DNA from: a bacterium
GTDB taxonomy: Bacteria > Zhuqueibacterota > Zhuqueibacteria > Oceanimicrobiales > Oceanimicrobiaceae
Length of the DNA stretch: 48,783 nt
Direction of reading: 5' to 3'
Assembly: GCA_037446635.1 (NCBI GenBank)
Contig: JBBIIG010000033.1
Location: 1 to 48,783 of the forward strand
The first letter of the stretch is position 1; each line of letters opens with the position of its first letter. The position numbers and the translations under genes are program-made. Shown here one piece after another: positions 38,909 through 48,282 of this stretch. The notes beneath the pieces are model-generated. The model saw only the letters and a list, made by a program, of their open reading frames with translations, was not told the DNA's origin and searched no databases.

Positions 38909-39194
38909 CTTTCACATTTCATCCGGGAGCAAAAGCCGAGCTAAATCATTCCGTCGATTTTATGAAGAGCGGCAAGGCAAGCTCGGTTTAGAGTTTCTTG
39001 AAGAAGTCTATTCCACCATCCAACTGATTATTGAATTTCCCAAAGCCTTCCCAAAACAATCCAAAAATACCCGAAAATGTCTCGTTAATAGATTCCCTTC
39101 TGCCGTCATTTATCAAATCAAACCTGACGAGATCTTTATTGTGGCTGTTGCTTACCTGTCCCGCAAACCGGAATTTTGGAAGAAGAGAGCATAA
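38905..39194 (+). pseudogene. RelE/ParE-family toxin, frameshifted
   Basis: MTFTFHPGAKAELNHSVDF from ATG 38905 (ATGA overlap with the antitoxin stop), then YEERQGKLGLEF...RFPSAVIY...IVAVAYLSRKPEFW in another frame. One T is missing in the run at 38958-38961. Confidence 0.85.
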
Positions 39195-39352
39195 ATTGGG
39201 CGCACAAGGTTCCTGCTGAGGGTAAAGGGCTGGGAATGATGGATGCCCGACAAAAGCATTGGGGCATGGCAACTCATTTAGGAGTCGAGTTCGGTTCGCG
39301 TGCCAGCGCCAGAATATTCGTTGGCAATATCGTCAGGCCTCTCACAATTCAC

Positions 39353-39386
39353 AACCCTGACAGGGTTCGGAACCCTCGTCAGGGTT
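39353..39386. repeat. AACCCTGACAGGGTT-type REP-like palindrome
   Basis: aaccctgacagggttcggaaccctcgtcagggtt. Confidence 0.75.
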
Positions 39387-39530
39387 TTTCATTTTTTCGA
39401 GAAATTTAAATTTGCATTTCAGCCTCTTAACTCGTATTATTTAAACATCTTCGCAATTGAGCAATTCCGGCCAGAGGTGGCTATTCCAATTTTAAAACCT
39501 TAGAAGATTCTTATTCAAGGAGGCTGTGCC

Positions 39531-41447
39531 ATGGTGAAAAATGCAACCCCTAATGTCCAACCTTCCAATTCCGAATTCTATCACCCATCCAAAGAGATCA
39601 TTGAAGTCGCAAATATCAAAGAGTACGACAAACTCTATGAACGCTCCATCAAAGACCGCGAAGGCTTCTGGGCCGAAGAAGCCGAAAAATTAGAGTGGTT
39701 CAAAAAATGGGATAAAGTTTTGGACGCCAGTAACAAGCCGTTCTTCAAATGGTTTGCCGGCGGGAAAATCAACATCGTGCACAACGCTATCGACCGCCAT
39801 CTCAAAACCTGGCGCAAGAACAAGCTGGCGATTATCTGGGAGGGCGAGCCCGGCGACGTGCGCACGTTTTCGTATCACGCTCTCAATCGCGAAGTGTGCA
39901 AATTCGCCAATGTGCTAAAAAGCATGGGCGTGCGCAAGGGCGACATCGTCACCATCTACATGCCGCAAATTCCGGAACTGCCCATCGCCATGTTGGCGTG
40001 CGCGAAAATCGGCGCCGCGCACAGCGTGGTTTATGGCGGCTTCAGCGTGGAGGCGCTGGCGGAACGCATTCAAGACGCACAAAGCCGGGTGCTGGTCACC
40101 GCGGACGGCGGCTGGCGGCGCGGCAAAATCACCGACCTCAAAAGCATCGCCAACGAGGCCATCAAACGCTCGCCCACCATCGAGGTGTGCATCACCGTCA
40201 AGCGCGCCGGCAATGAAGTCTATATGGAAAACGACCGTGATTTCTGGTACCACGATTTGATGACCCTGCCGATTGCCAACCCCAAATGCGACACCGAGCC
40301 AATGGACGCCGAGGACATGTTGTTCATTCTCTACACCTCCGGCACCACCGGCCGGCCCAAAGGCGTGCTGCACACCCACGGCGGCTACGCGGTTTATACG
40401 GCAACCACGCATCGCTACGTGTTTGATATTAAGGATGAAGATCGCTGGTGGTGCGCCGCGGATCCGGGCTGGATCACCGGGCACAGTTACATCGTGTACG
40501 GCCCGCTCATCAATGGCGCGACCATCATGATGTACGAAGGCGCGCCCAATCATCCGTATCCGAATCGCTGGTGGCAGATGGTAGAGAAATACGGCATCAC
40601 GATTCTCTACACTTCGCCCACTGCCATTCGTGGACTCATGCGCTACGGCGACGCCTGGCCGCGCCGGCACGATCTCAGTTGCCTGCGGCTGCTCGGCTCC
40701 GTGGGCGAGCCCATCAATCCCGAAGCCTGGCGCTGGTATTACCGCGTCGTCGGACAGGAGCGCTGCCCGATCATGGATACCTGGTGGCAAACCGAAACCG
40801 GTGGCTTCATGATCACGCCGCTGCCCATCACGCCGCTGAAACCGGGCTCCGCCACAAAACCATTTTTTGGGAACGAAGTGGCGGTGGTGGACGATCATGG
40901 CAAAGAAGTAAAAGCCGGCGAGGAGGGCAAGTTAGTGATCAAAGCGCCGTGGCCCGGGATGGCGCGCACGATTTACGGCGACCCGGAGCGCTACAAAGAA
41001 ATCTATTGGAAGGAATTCGAGAAACAGGGTTGGTACAAAGCCGGCGATTCAGCCCGCATCGACGAAGACGGCTACGTGTGGATCATCGGGCGCATCGATG
41101 ACGTCATCAAAGTCAGCGGCTACCGGCTGGGTACCGCGGAGGTGGAAAGCGCGCTGGTGAGCCACCCGGCGATTTCGGAGGCCGCGACCATCGCGCTGCC
41201 GCACGACGTGAAAGGCAACGCCATTCACGCATTTGTGATTCTGAAAGCCGGCCAAACCGGCAGCAAAGAATTAGAAGAAAAGTTGAAAGAGCATGTCGCC
41301 CATGAAATCGGCCCGATTGCCCGACCGGAAGACATCAAATTTGTGGACGTGCTGCCCAAAACCCGCAGCGGCAAAATCATGCGGCGCGTCTTGAAGGCGC
41401 GCGCGATGGGGGTGCCGGAAGGAGATCTGAGCACGTTGGAAGAGTAA
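39531..41447 (+). CDS. acs: Acetyl-CoA synthetase
   Basis: LYTSGTTGRPKG, GWITGHSY, SVGEPINPEAW, DTWWQTETG, LPKTRSGKIMRR. Confidence 0.98.
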   Translation: MVKNATPNVQPSNSEFYHPSKEIIEVANIKEYDKLYERSIKDREGFWAEEAEKLEWFKKWDKVLDASNKPFFKWFAGGKINIVHNAIDRHLKTWRKNKLAIIWEGEPGDVRTFSYHALNREVCKFANVLKSMGVRKGDIVTIYMPQIPELPIAMLACAKIGAAHSVVYGGFSVEALAERIQDAQSRVLVTADGGWRRGKITDLKSIANEAIKRSPTIEVCITVKRAGNEVYMENDRDFWYHDLMTLPIANPKCDTEPMDAEDMLFILYTSGTTGRPKGVLHTHGGYAVYTATTHRYVFDIKDEDRWWCAADPGWITGHSYIVYGPLINGATIMMYEGAPNHPYPNRWWQMVEKYGITILYTSPTAIRGLMRYGDAWPRRHDLSCLRLLGSVGEPINPEAWRWYYRVVGQERCPIMDTWWQTETGGFMITPLPITPLKPGSATKPFFGNEVAVVDDHGKEVKAGEEGKLVIKAPWPGMARTIYGDPERYKEIYWKEFEKQGWYKAGDSARIDEDGYVWIIGRIDDVIKVSGYRLGTAEVESALVSHPAISEAATIALPHDVKGNAIHAFVILKAGQTGSKELEEKLKEHVAHEIGPIARPEDIKFVDVLPKTRSGKIMRRVLKARAMGVPEGDLSTLEE

Positions 41448-41790
41448 CGGCTGTACGCGCCACGCACTTTTGAAGTGCGTGGCACGGGCGTTAATGGGTA
41501 GAGAAGATTGGCCTTGCCAAAAGCGCAAGCACAAGTTATTTTTGAAAGTGAAAATCTGGTATTCAGAGGCTATCATGTTGAAATTAAAACCTGACGCCGC
41601 GAAGCGGGGATATGACCCGGTCCCGTTGACATTTCTCAAAAATAAGAACCCTTTTCCACCTAATTCTCAATCATAAGAAGGCCATTCCTCCGGAATATTC
41701 TGTCCCTCCAAAATTCGCCCTGACTTTAATCAAAGATAAATTTGTAACTTACAGCCCTCAGATTTTTTCAAAGATTGGCCGATAGTTATC

Positions 41791-41805
41791 TGGTACAGTC
41801 TTTGC
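41791..41805 (+). promoter_or_regulatory. Sigma-54 promoter of the TonB gene
   Basis: TGGTAC-AGTCT-TTGC (GG-N10-GC), about 58 bp before the ATG. Confidence 0.6.
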
Positions 41806-41862
41806 CAAATTGAGGTTGAGACAACCAAGCTTAGTGAAGAAGGGAATCGAAGGAGGTCATAG

Positions 41863-42549
41863 ATGCTTCCCGTTAAAAATCCAAAAGCCGATCTCAAGTT
41901 GCAGTATCGGCAAACTATTGAGATATCGCTCATCGCATCGCTGCTGATTCATCTGGCGATATTCCATCTGCTGCCGGATTTCGAAAAAAACGCGACCGTT
42001 GCAGAAGCCAAAGCCATTGAAATAAAAGTAGAAGACATTCCGCAAACCGAACAAATTCGTAATATGGCCACGCCGCCGCCGCGGCCGGCGGTGCCCATTC
42101 CAACCGAGAGCGAACAGGTGCCGGAAGACGCCACTATCGAAGCCACGGATTTATCGCTGGACCTGACTACCCTGCCGCCACCGCCTCCTCCGCGAGAAGA
42201 TGACATCGAGAACGAATATATTTTTGTGGCCTACGACGAGCCGCCGGCGGTGATTGGCGGCCCAGCGGCCATTCTGCAGAATTTGGTTTATCCGCCCATT
42301 GCCCGCAAAGCCGGCATCGAAGCCACGGTGGTGGTGGGCGTTCTGGTGGATGAAAAAGGCAACTCGGTAAAAACGCAAATTCTCAAGGGCACCGGCACCA
42401 CCCTCGGTTTTGAAGAGGCGGCGCAAGCGGCCCTCATGTCCATCAAATGGAAACCGGCGAAACAGCGCGACCGTGCGATTAAAGTTTGGGTCTCCATCCC
42501 CATTCGCTTTAAGCTGCGCGATGTGGAAGCGACAAAACCGGTTAGTTAA
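41863..42549 (+). CDS. TonB-family energy transducer
   Basis: KNPKADL N-terminus, SLLIH TM anchor, Pro-rich linker, YPPIARKAGIE...WKPAKQR..IPIRF; AAGGAGG RBS. Confidence 0.92.
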   Translation: MLPVKNPKADLKLQYRQTIEISLIASLLIHLAIFHLLPDFEKNATVAEAKAIEIKVEDIPQTEQIRNMATPPPRPAVPIPTESEQVPEDATIEATDLSLDLTTLPPPPPPREDDIENEYIFVAYDEPPAVIGGPAAILQNLVYPPIARKAGIEATVVVGVLVDEKGNSVKTQILKGTGTTLGFEEAAQAALMSIKWKPAKQRDRAIKVWVSIPIRFKLRDVEATKPVS

Positions 42550-42579
42550 ATTCGCCCCCTCATTAATCACCTCTGGTTG

Positions 42580-42620
42580 AGCGGCTGTCAGGGCTGAGTC
42601 TGGCAGCCGCTTCTTTTTTT
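42580..42620 (+). terminator. Intrinsic terminator
   Basis: agcggctgtcag...ctggcagccgct followed by a T-run. Confidence 0.75.
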
Positions 42621-42903
42621 ACCTCCTGACTATCGCGCAGTCACTGCTTGACTTTTAGAACCCGAACCGCTATTTTTGTTCACACTGAATTAAGTACGAT
42701 TGGATTGTCGGATGCCGATCCGCTTCGCGGACTGGATTACTGGATTAATGGATTAATGTTGGTGCCCTTTTCATTACTCCATCCATCCCTGCCTGCGCAG
42801 GCATGCGGAACTCCATTACTCCGCGTTGTAAAACAAGAGAAATTTCATTGTCAAAGAGGTTGTTTGAACTTCAAAATCTTGTGAATAATCCAGGAGGGTC
42901 ATC

Positions 42904-43824
42904 ATGCTCAATGTAAAAAAAATCCTCTTTCCTACCGATTTCTCCCGCTGCGCCAGCCAGGCCTTTATTCATGCGGTCTATTTAACCCAGCGCTACGGCG
43001 CGGAAATGCACATGTTGCACGCACTGGTTTTGCACGAGGATGATCCGAATAATCCTCTTCATCATTTTCCGGAGTTGGATGAGGTTATCGCTCGGATGAA
43101 CGAAAGCATCGACAAGCGTATGGATTCCGAGATCGCGGCCAACCAGGCCGTGGTGTTGAACATCGAAAAAGTTCAGCGCCGCGGCATTTCGCCGGCAACC
43201 GTCATTTTGGATTATGCTGAGGAGAACGACATCGATTTGATTGTGATGGGAACGCAGGGGCGGCGCGGGCTGACGCATTTCTTGTTGGGCAGTGTGGCGG
43301 AGGAAGTGGTGCGGCTGGCGCGCTGCCCGGTGCTCACGGTGCGCGAGAAAAAGCAGCCCAAACCCATCGAAGATTTTCAGCGCATCCTCGCGCCCATCGA
43401 TTTTTCCGAGCATTCGAAACAAGCCATTTCCCACGCCAAAGTGATGGCCGAGAGCTACGGCGCGAAATTACAAATTCTGCACGTCATCGAAGAAAACATC
43501 CACCCGGCGTTTTACGCCAGCGGCAAAAGCTCCATTTTTGAGTTGATTCCTAACATAAAAGAAAAATCCGAGCAGACGCTGCGGCAACTCTTCAACGACG
43601 CGCCCGGCCCAAAAGTGGATTCGGAGTTTCACGTGGTGGAGGGCCGCGCCAATCAGGAAATCGTTAAGTTTGCGGAGAAAAACGGCAGCGACCTCATCGT
43701 CATCGCCACCCACGGCTTGACGGGAATCGAGCATCTGCTGTTGGGCAGCGTCACCGAGAAAGTCGTGCGCATGGCCTCCTGCCCGGTGTTCACGGTTAAG
43801 TCCTTTGGCAAATCGCTGGTGTGA
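42904..43824 (+). CDS. Tandem universal stress protein
   Basis: Two Usp domains: ILFPTDFS...[18 protein letters not shown] and ILAPIDFS...GSVTEKVVR. Confidence 0.96.
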   Translation: MLNVKKILFPTDFSRCASQAFIHAVYLTQRYGAEMHMLHALVLHEDDPNNPLHHFPELDEVIARMNESIDKRMDSEIAANQAVVLNIEKVQRRGISPATVILDYAEENDIDLIVMGTQGRRGLTHFLLGSVAEEVVRLARCPVLTVREKKQPKPIEDFQRILAPIDFSEHSKQAISHAKVMAESYGAKLQILHVIEENIHPAFYASGKSSIFELIPNIKEKSEQTLRQLFNDAPGPKVDSEFHVVEGRANQEIVKFAEKNGSDLIVIATHGLTGIEHLLLGSVTEKVVRMASCPVFTVKSFGKSLV

Positions 43825-43826
43825 TC

Positions 43827-44492
43827 ATGGCCGAGCCAAAGTTTCTCCCACTCACCGAATACCAGCGTCTGCCGGAAGAAGAGATGAAGCGCCGCGCCGA
43901 GGAATTTTATCAGGAGCTGCGCCGCCGCCGCACCGTGCGCCATTTTTCGGACCGTCCAATTGCGAGAGAGATTATCGAGCGCTGTTTGCTGGCGGCTGCA
44001 AGCGCGCCCAGCGGCGCCAATCGTCAACCGTGGCATTTCGTGGTGGTAAGCGATCCCGAGGTCAAGAAAAAAATCCGCGCGGCGGCGGAAAAAGAAGAGG
44101 CGGAGTTTTACGGCGGCCGCGCGCCCGACGACTGGCTGGAGGCGCTGGCGCCCCTCGGCACCGACGCCCACAAACCGTTCCTGGAAACCGCGCCGTACTT
44201 GATTGTGATTTTTGGACAAAGTTACGAATTGGCCGGCGCCGCAAAAATTAAAAATTACTACGTGCAGGAATCGGTGGGCATTGCCACCGGCTTTCTCATC
44301 GCGGCCATTCACCGCGCCGGGCTGGCGTCGCTCACTCACACCCCCAGTCCCATGAAATTTTTGAACGAGCTTCTTGGCCGGCCGGAAAACGAGCGCCCCT
44401 ATTTGATTTTGGTGGTGGGCTACCCGGCGGACGACGCCCGGGTGCCGGACATCAGCAGGAAATCGCTAAGCGAGATCGCCACGTTCATATAG
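43827..44492 (+). CDS. Nitroreductase-fold protein, iodotyrosine deiodinase (IYD)-like
   Basis: [56 protein letters not shown]. Confidence 0.88.
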   Translation: MAEPKFLPLTEYQRLPEEEMKRRAEEFYQELRRRRTVRHFSDRPIAREIIERCLLAAASAPSGANRQPWHFVVVSDPEVKKKIRAAAEKEEAEFYGGRAPDDWLEALAPLGTDAHKPFLETAPYLIVIFGQSYELAGAAKIKNYYVQESVGIATGFLIAAIHRAGLASLTHTPSPMKFLNELLGRPENERPYLILVVGYPADDARVPDISRKSLSEIATFI

Positions 44493-44494
44493 GC

Positions 44495-44796
44495 AACCAC
44501 GAATTGCACCAATTACACGAATTTTGTTGCCTGCCTGCGTCCGCCTGCCTGCGCAGGCAGGCGAAGCGGATCCGCCAAGCGGACAAGAATTTTTGAAATG
44601 GTGTACATAAACTGCAACGATGATATCCTCAGCTAAGGTGAATTAAATACAACGGATTACTGGATTACTGGATTGATGGTTTTTCATTAATCCAATAATC
44701 CATAACTCCACGTCGTAATCAGCAGATGCGTCATCATCATAGAACTGTCCTACTTAAAAAATATCTCGATTTGTGTAATTGGCGCAATTCGTGGTT
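44495..44796. mobile_element. About 300-bp element with 28-bp terminal inverted repeats and nested micro-repeats
   Basis: aaccacgaattgcaccaattacacgaat / atttgtgtaattggcgcaattcgtggtt (26/28 match). Confidence 0.7.
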
Positions 44797-44805
44797 TGTT
44801 TTAAA

Positions 44806-45987
44806 ATGAATTTTGTCGCCTTAAAACCCGGCAAAGAAAAACCCGCACGCCATCATCACCCGTGGATTTTTTCCGGCGCCATCACAAAGGTTGACGGTGC
44901 CCCGGAGCCGGGAGACGTGGTGGCGATCCAGGATGCTGCTGGCGAATTTCTGGCGTGGGGTTATTATAACCCGCACTCCCAGATTGCCGTTCGTTTGTTG
45001 GAATGGGAAAAATCGGCGGCCATCGACGACGAGTGGTGGCGCAAAAAACTCGCGGCGGCGGTGGCGCGCCGCGGCCAACTTTTTGACCGCAGCGACACGG
45101 ACGCCTTTCGGCTGGTTCACGCGGAAGCCGATTTCCTGCCGGGACTCATCGTCGATAAGTACGGCGGCTTCCTCGTACTGCAATCGCAGACCGCCGGCTG
45201 CGATCGCATCAAACCGATCATCGCGGCGGCGTTGAACGAAATCCTGAAACCCGCCGGCATCTACGAGCGCGGCGATGTGACGGCGCGCAAATTAGAGGGT
45301 CTCCAGCACGCAAACGGACTTTTGCTCGGCATTCCTCCACCGGATCTTTTAGAAATCAAAGAGAATGGTCTGCGTTTTCTGGTGAATTTGCAGCACGGCC
45401 AGAAAACCGGTTTCTATCTCGATCAGCGGGAAAATCGCCAGCGGGTCGCTCGCTTCGCCAAAAACAAAACCGTGCTTGACGCCTTTGCTTACTCCGGCGG
45501 CTTCGGAATTTCTACGCTGGCGGGAGGAGCCGCCGCCGTTCTGAGCATCGACTCCTCCCCGGCAGCGTTGGAGCTGCTCAAAAAAAATTATGAAATCAAT
45601 GGCTTTTCGCAAAGCGAGTTTCTGCAGGGAGACGTTTTCGAAATCCTGAGAAAATTTCACAAAGAGAACCGTTCATTCGAGATGATCATTTTGGATCCGC
45701 CCAAGCTCGCGCCCACCAAAGCGCAGGCGGAGCGGGCGCAGCGCGCGTACAAAGACCTCAATTTGCGCGCCATGAAACTTCTCGCCCCGGAGGGGATTCT
45801 CGCCACCTTTTCTTGTTCCAGCGGCGTCACCGCGGAAGCGTTCCAACAAATCGTCTTCTGGGCCGCTATTGATGCAGGACGGGAGGTGCAAATTTTAGAA
45901 CGGCTCTCGCAGGGGGAAGACCACCCGGTGCGGCTGGGGTTTCCGGAATCGAATTATCTGAAAGGCTTGATTTGCCGGATTCTGTAA
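44806..45987 (+). CDS. rlmI: Class I SAM-dependent rRNA methyltransferase (RlmI-like)
   Basis: PUA-like HPWIFSG, GQKTGFYLDQRENR, DAFAYSGGF, LDPP, FSCS, DHP...YLK. Confidence 0.88.
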   Translation: MNFVALKPGKEKPARHHHPWIFSGAITKVDGAPEPGDVVAIQDAAGEFLAWGYYNPHSQIAVRLLEWEKSAAIDDEWWRKKLAAAVARRGQLFDRSDTDAFRLVHAEADFLPGLIVDKYGGFLVLQSQTAGCDRIKPIIAAALNEILKPAGIYERGDVTARKLEGLQHANGLLLGIPPPDLLEIKENGLRFLVNLQHGQKTGFYLDQRENRQRVARFAKNKTVLDAFAYSGGFGISTLAGGAAAVLSIDSSPAALELLKKNYEINGFSQSEFLQGDVFEILRKFHKENRSFEMIILDPPKLAPTKAQAERAQRAYKDLNLRAMKLLAPEGILATFSCSSGVTAEAFQQIVFWAAIDAGREVQILERLSQGEDHPVRLGFPESNYLKGLICRIL

Positions 45988-45998
45988 ACGACAACCCT

Positions 45999-46112
45999 GG
46001 GGTTGTCCAAAAGGTACTGTCATTGTGAGCGAAGCGAGGCAATCTGTTAATTTTGTGCTCAAATCGTGGGATTGCTTCGTCGCTAACGCTTTCTCCCTTT
46101 TTGGACAGCCCC
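45999..46112. mobile_element. MITE-like element (copy 2)
   Basis: ggggttgtccaaaagg...ttttggacagcccc; internal sequence homologous to 15850-15999. Confidence 0.7.
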
Positions 46113-46137
46113 AGGGTTTATAAACAAGGAGAGTCAC

Positions 46138-46725
46138 TTGAAAACACGCTGCGAGTGGGCGGGTTCGGATCCGCTCTATTTACAATACCACGATGACGAA
46201 TGGGGCGTGCCCGTTCACGACGACCGCCATCTCTTCGAAATGCTGATCCTCGAAGGCGCGCAGGCGGGATTGAGCTGGATCACCATTCTGCGCAAACGCG
46301 AAAATTATCGCAAAGCCTTCAGCAACTTTGACGCCCGTAAAATCGCCAGATATAATGATAAAAAAATCGCCGCATTGTTGTTCAACGAAGGCATCGTGCG
46401 CAATCGGTTGAAAATCAACGCAACCCTGGAGAACGCCCGCGCTTTTCTCGCGGTGCAAAAAGAGTTTGGCAGCTTTGACGCCTACATCTGGCAATTTGTA
46501 GATGGCCGCCCCAAACAGAACGTCTGGAAATCGCTCAAGGAAATTCCGGCGCAAACCCGCGAGTCCGAAGCCATGAGCAAAGACCTGCTGAAACGAGGCT
46601 TCCGTTTCGTCGGGCCGACGATTTGCTATGCCTTCATGCAGGCCGTGGGCATGGTGAACGATCACGTGGTGGGATGCTTTCGCTACAAAACGATCGCTAG
46701 GTATTATGTGGTGGATTTCCAATAG
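46138..46725 (+). CDS. tag: DNA-3-methyladenine glycosylase I
   Basis: RCEW, YHDDEWGVP, LEGAQAGLSW, IVRNRLKI, FVGPTICYAFMQAVGMVNDH. Confidence 0.97.
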   Translation: MKTRCEWAGSDPLYLQYHDDEWGVPVHDDRHLFEMLILEGAQAGLSWITILRKRENYRKAFSNFDARKIARYNDKKIAALLFNEGIVRNRLKINATLENARAFLAVQKEFGSFDAYIWQFVDGRPKQNVWKSLKEIPAQTRESEAMSKDLLKRGFRFVGPTICYAFMQAVGMVNDHVVGCFRYKTIARYYVVDFQ

Positions 46726-46914
46726 AGCAACATTGTTTTCACCACAAAAAACACCTTGACTGGCAGCTTCTTGAAAAACTATTTTTTCAATTTGTTTCGG
46801 GATTCGTTTGTCGTTACGCTTTATTTTAAGTAAGGTATTTGGGGGTTCATTTGAATTGGGCGTCCATTTAAAATCATGCTGAATGAATGGACACATGGCC
46901 AAGCCGTCTTTAAA

Positions 46915-46948
46915 AACCCTGACAGGGTTCCGGAACCCCGTCAGGGTT
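46915..46948. repeat. AACCCTGACAGGGTT-type REP-like palindrome
   Basis: aaccctgacagggttccggaaccccgtcagggtt. Confidence 0.75.
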
Positions 46949-46959
46949 GGCAAATCTAC

Positions 46960-48267
46960 TCATGCCGTCTTCGCATCGTGAAACTGCTCCTCTTCCGTCG
47001 AGCCTTTGAGGGCGGTGGTGGAGGCTTCGCCGCCGGAGATGGTCATCTGCACCTCGTCGAAATAGCCCACGCCCACGAAGCGCTGGTGTTTCACCGCGGT
47101 GTAACCGTGCTGTTTCTCCATTTCAAATTCGCGTTCCTGCAGGCGCGAGTAGGCCACCATGCCTTCTTTATTATAAGCATGAGCCAGCTCGTACATGCTG
47201 GTATTGAGGGCGTGAAATCCGGCCAGCGTCACAAACTGGAATTTGTAACCCATCTCGCCTAACTTCTCCTGAAACCCGGCGATGCTGTTTTCATCGAGGT
47301 TGCGCTTCCAGTTGAACGACGGCGAGCAGTTGTACGCCAGCAGCTTGCCGGGGAATTTCTCGTGGATGGCCTCGGCGTATTCTTTGGCCTCGCCGATATC
47401 CGGCTTGGAGGTTTCGCACCACAGCAGATCGGCATAGGGCGCGTATTTCAGCGAGCGGGCGACGGCGTATTCGATGCCGCCGCGCACCCGGAAGTAGCCG
47501 TCGGAAGTTTGTTCGCCGGTGAGGAACGGGCGATCGACCTCGTCGTAATCGCTGCGGATGAGCTGGGCGCTGTTGGCGTCGGTGCGGGCGATGAGAATCG
47601 TGGGCACATCCAGAACATCCGCCGCCAGCCGCGCCGCAATGAGCTTCTGGATGAACTCGCGATCCGGCACCAACACCTTGCCGCCCATGTGTCCGCATTT
47701 TTTGAGCGACGAAAGTTGATCTTCTAAATGCACGCCGGCGGCCCCGGCTTCGATCATCGCTTTCATCAATTCAAAGGTGTTGAGCGGGCCGCCGAATCCG
47801 GCCTCGGCATCGGCAACGATCGGCGCAAACCAGTAAACGTCGTTCTTCCCCTCCATGTGGGAAATCTGGTCGGCGCGCATCAACGCGTTGTTGAGACGGC
47901 GGCAAAGATTGGGCGCGCTGTCCACCGGATACAAACTTTGATCGGGATACATTTGCCCGGCGTCGTTGGCGTCGGCGGCCACCTGCCAGCCGCTGAGATA
48001 AATGGCCTTCAAACCGGCTTGCACCATTTGCACCGCCTGATTGCCGGTGAGGGCGCCCAGCGCGCGCACCAGCGGTTCGGTGTTTATCAAATGCCACAGG
48101 CGCTCGGCACCGATTTTGGCGAGCGTGTGTTCGATATGAATCGAGCCGCGCAGGCGCACGACTTCTTCGGCTAAGTAGGGACGGGTAATTCCCCGCCAGC
48201 GGGGATCGTTCTTCCATGAGTTGAGCAGTTCAGAAATCTGCCGCTGATCGTGATTGTGGTTATCCAT
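46960..48267 (-). CDS. aceA: Isocitrate lyase
   Basis: [47 protein letters not shown]. Confidence 0.99.
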   Translation of the reverse strand: MDNHNHDQRQISELLNSWKNDPRWRGITRPYLAEEVVRLRGSIHIEHTLAKIGAERLWHLINTEPLVRALGALTGNQAVQMVQAGLKAIYLSGWQVAADANDAGQMYPDQSLYPVDSAPNLCRRLNNALMRADQISHMEGKNDVYWFAPIVADAEAGFGGPLNTFELMKAMIEAGAAGVHLEDQLSSLKKCGHMGGKVLVPDREFIQKLIAARLAADVLDVPTILIARTDANSAQLIRSDYDEVDRPFLTGEQTSDGYFRVRGGIEYAVARSLKYAPYADLLWCETSKPDIGEAKEYAEAIHEKFPGKLLAYNCSPSFNWKRNLDENSIAGFQEKLGEMGYKFQFVTLAGFHALNTSMYELAHAYNKEGMVAYSRLQEREFEMEKQHGYTAVKHQRFVGVGYFDEVQMTISGGEASTTALKGSTEEEQFHDAKTA

Positions 48268-48282
48268 AAAACCTCCATGAAA

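Noticed and set aside
41500..41760. Possible ncRNA or small ORF between acs and the TonB gene
   Set aside because: No recognisable RNA family motif, RBS or coding signature.
46180..46953. 257-aa minus-strand ORF overlapping tag
   Set aside because: Mostly antisense to tag and begins within a REP. The AT-rich 46740-46900 part could be a gene relic but I cannot support that.
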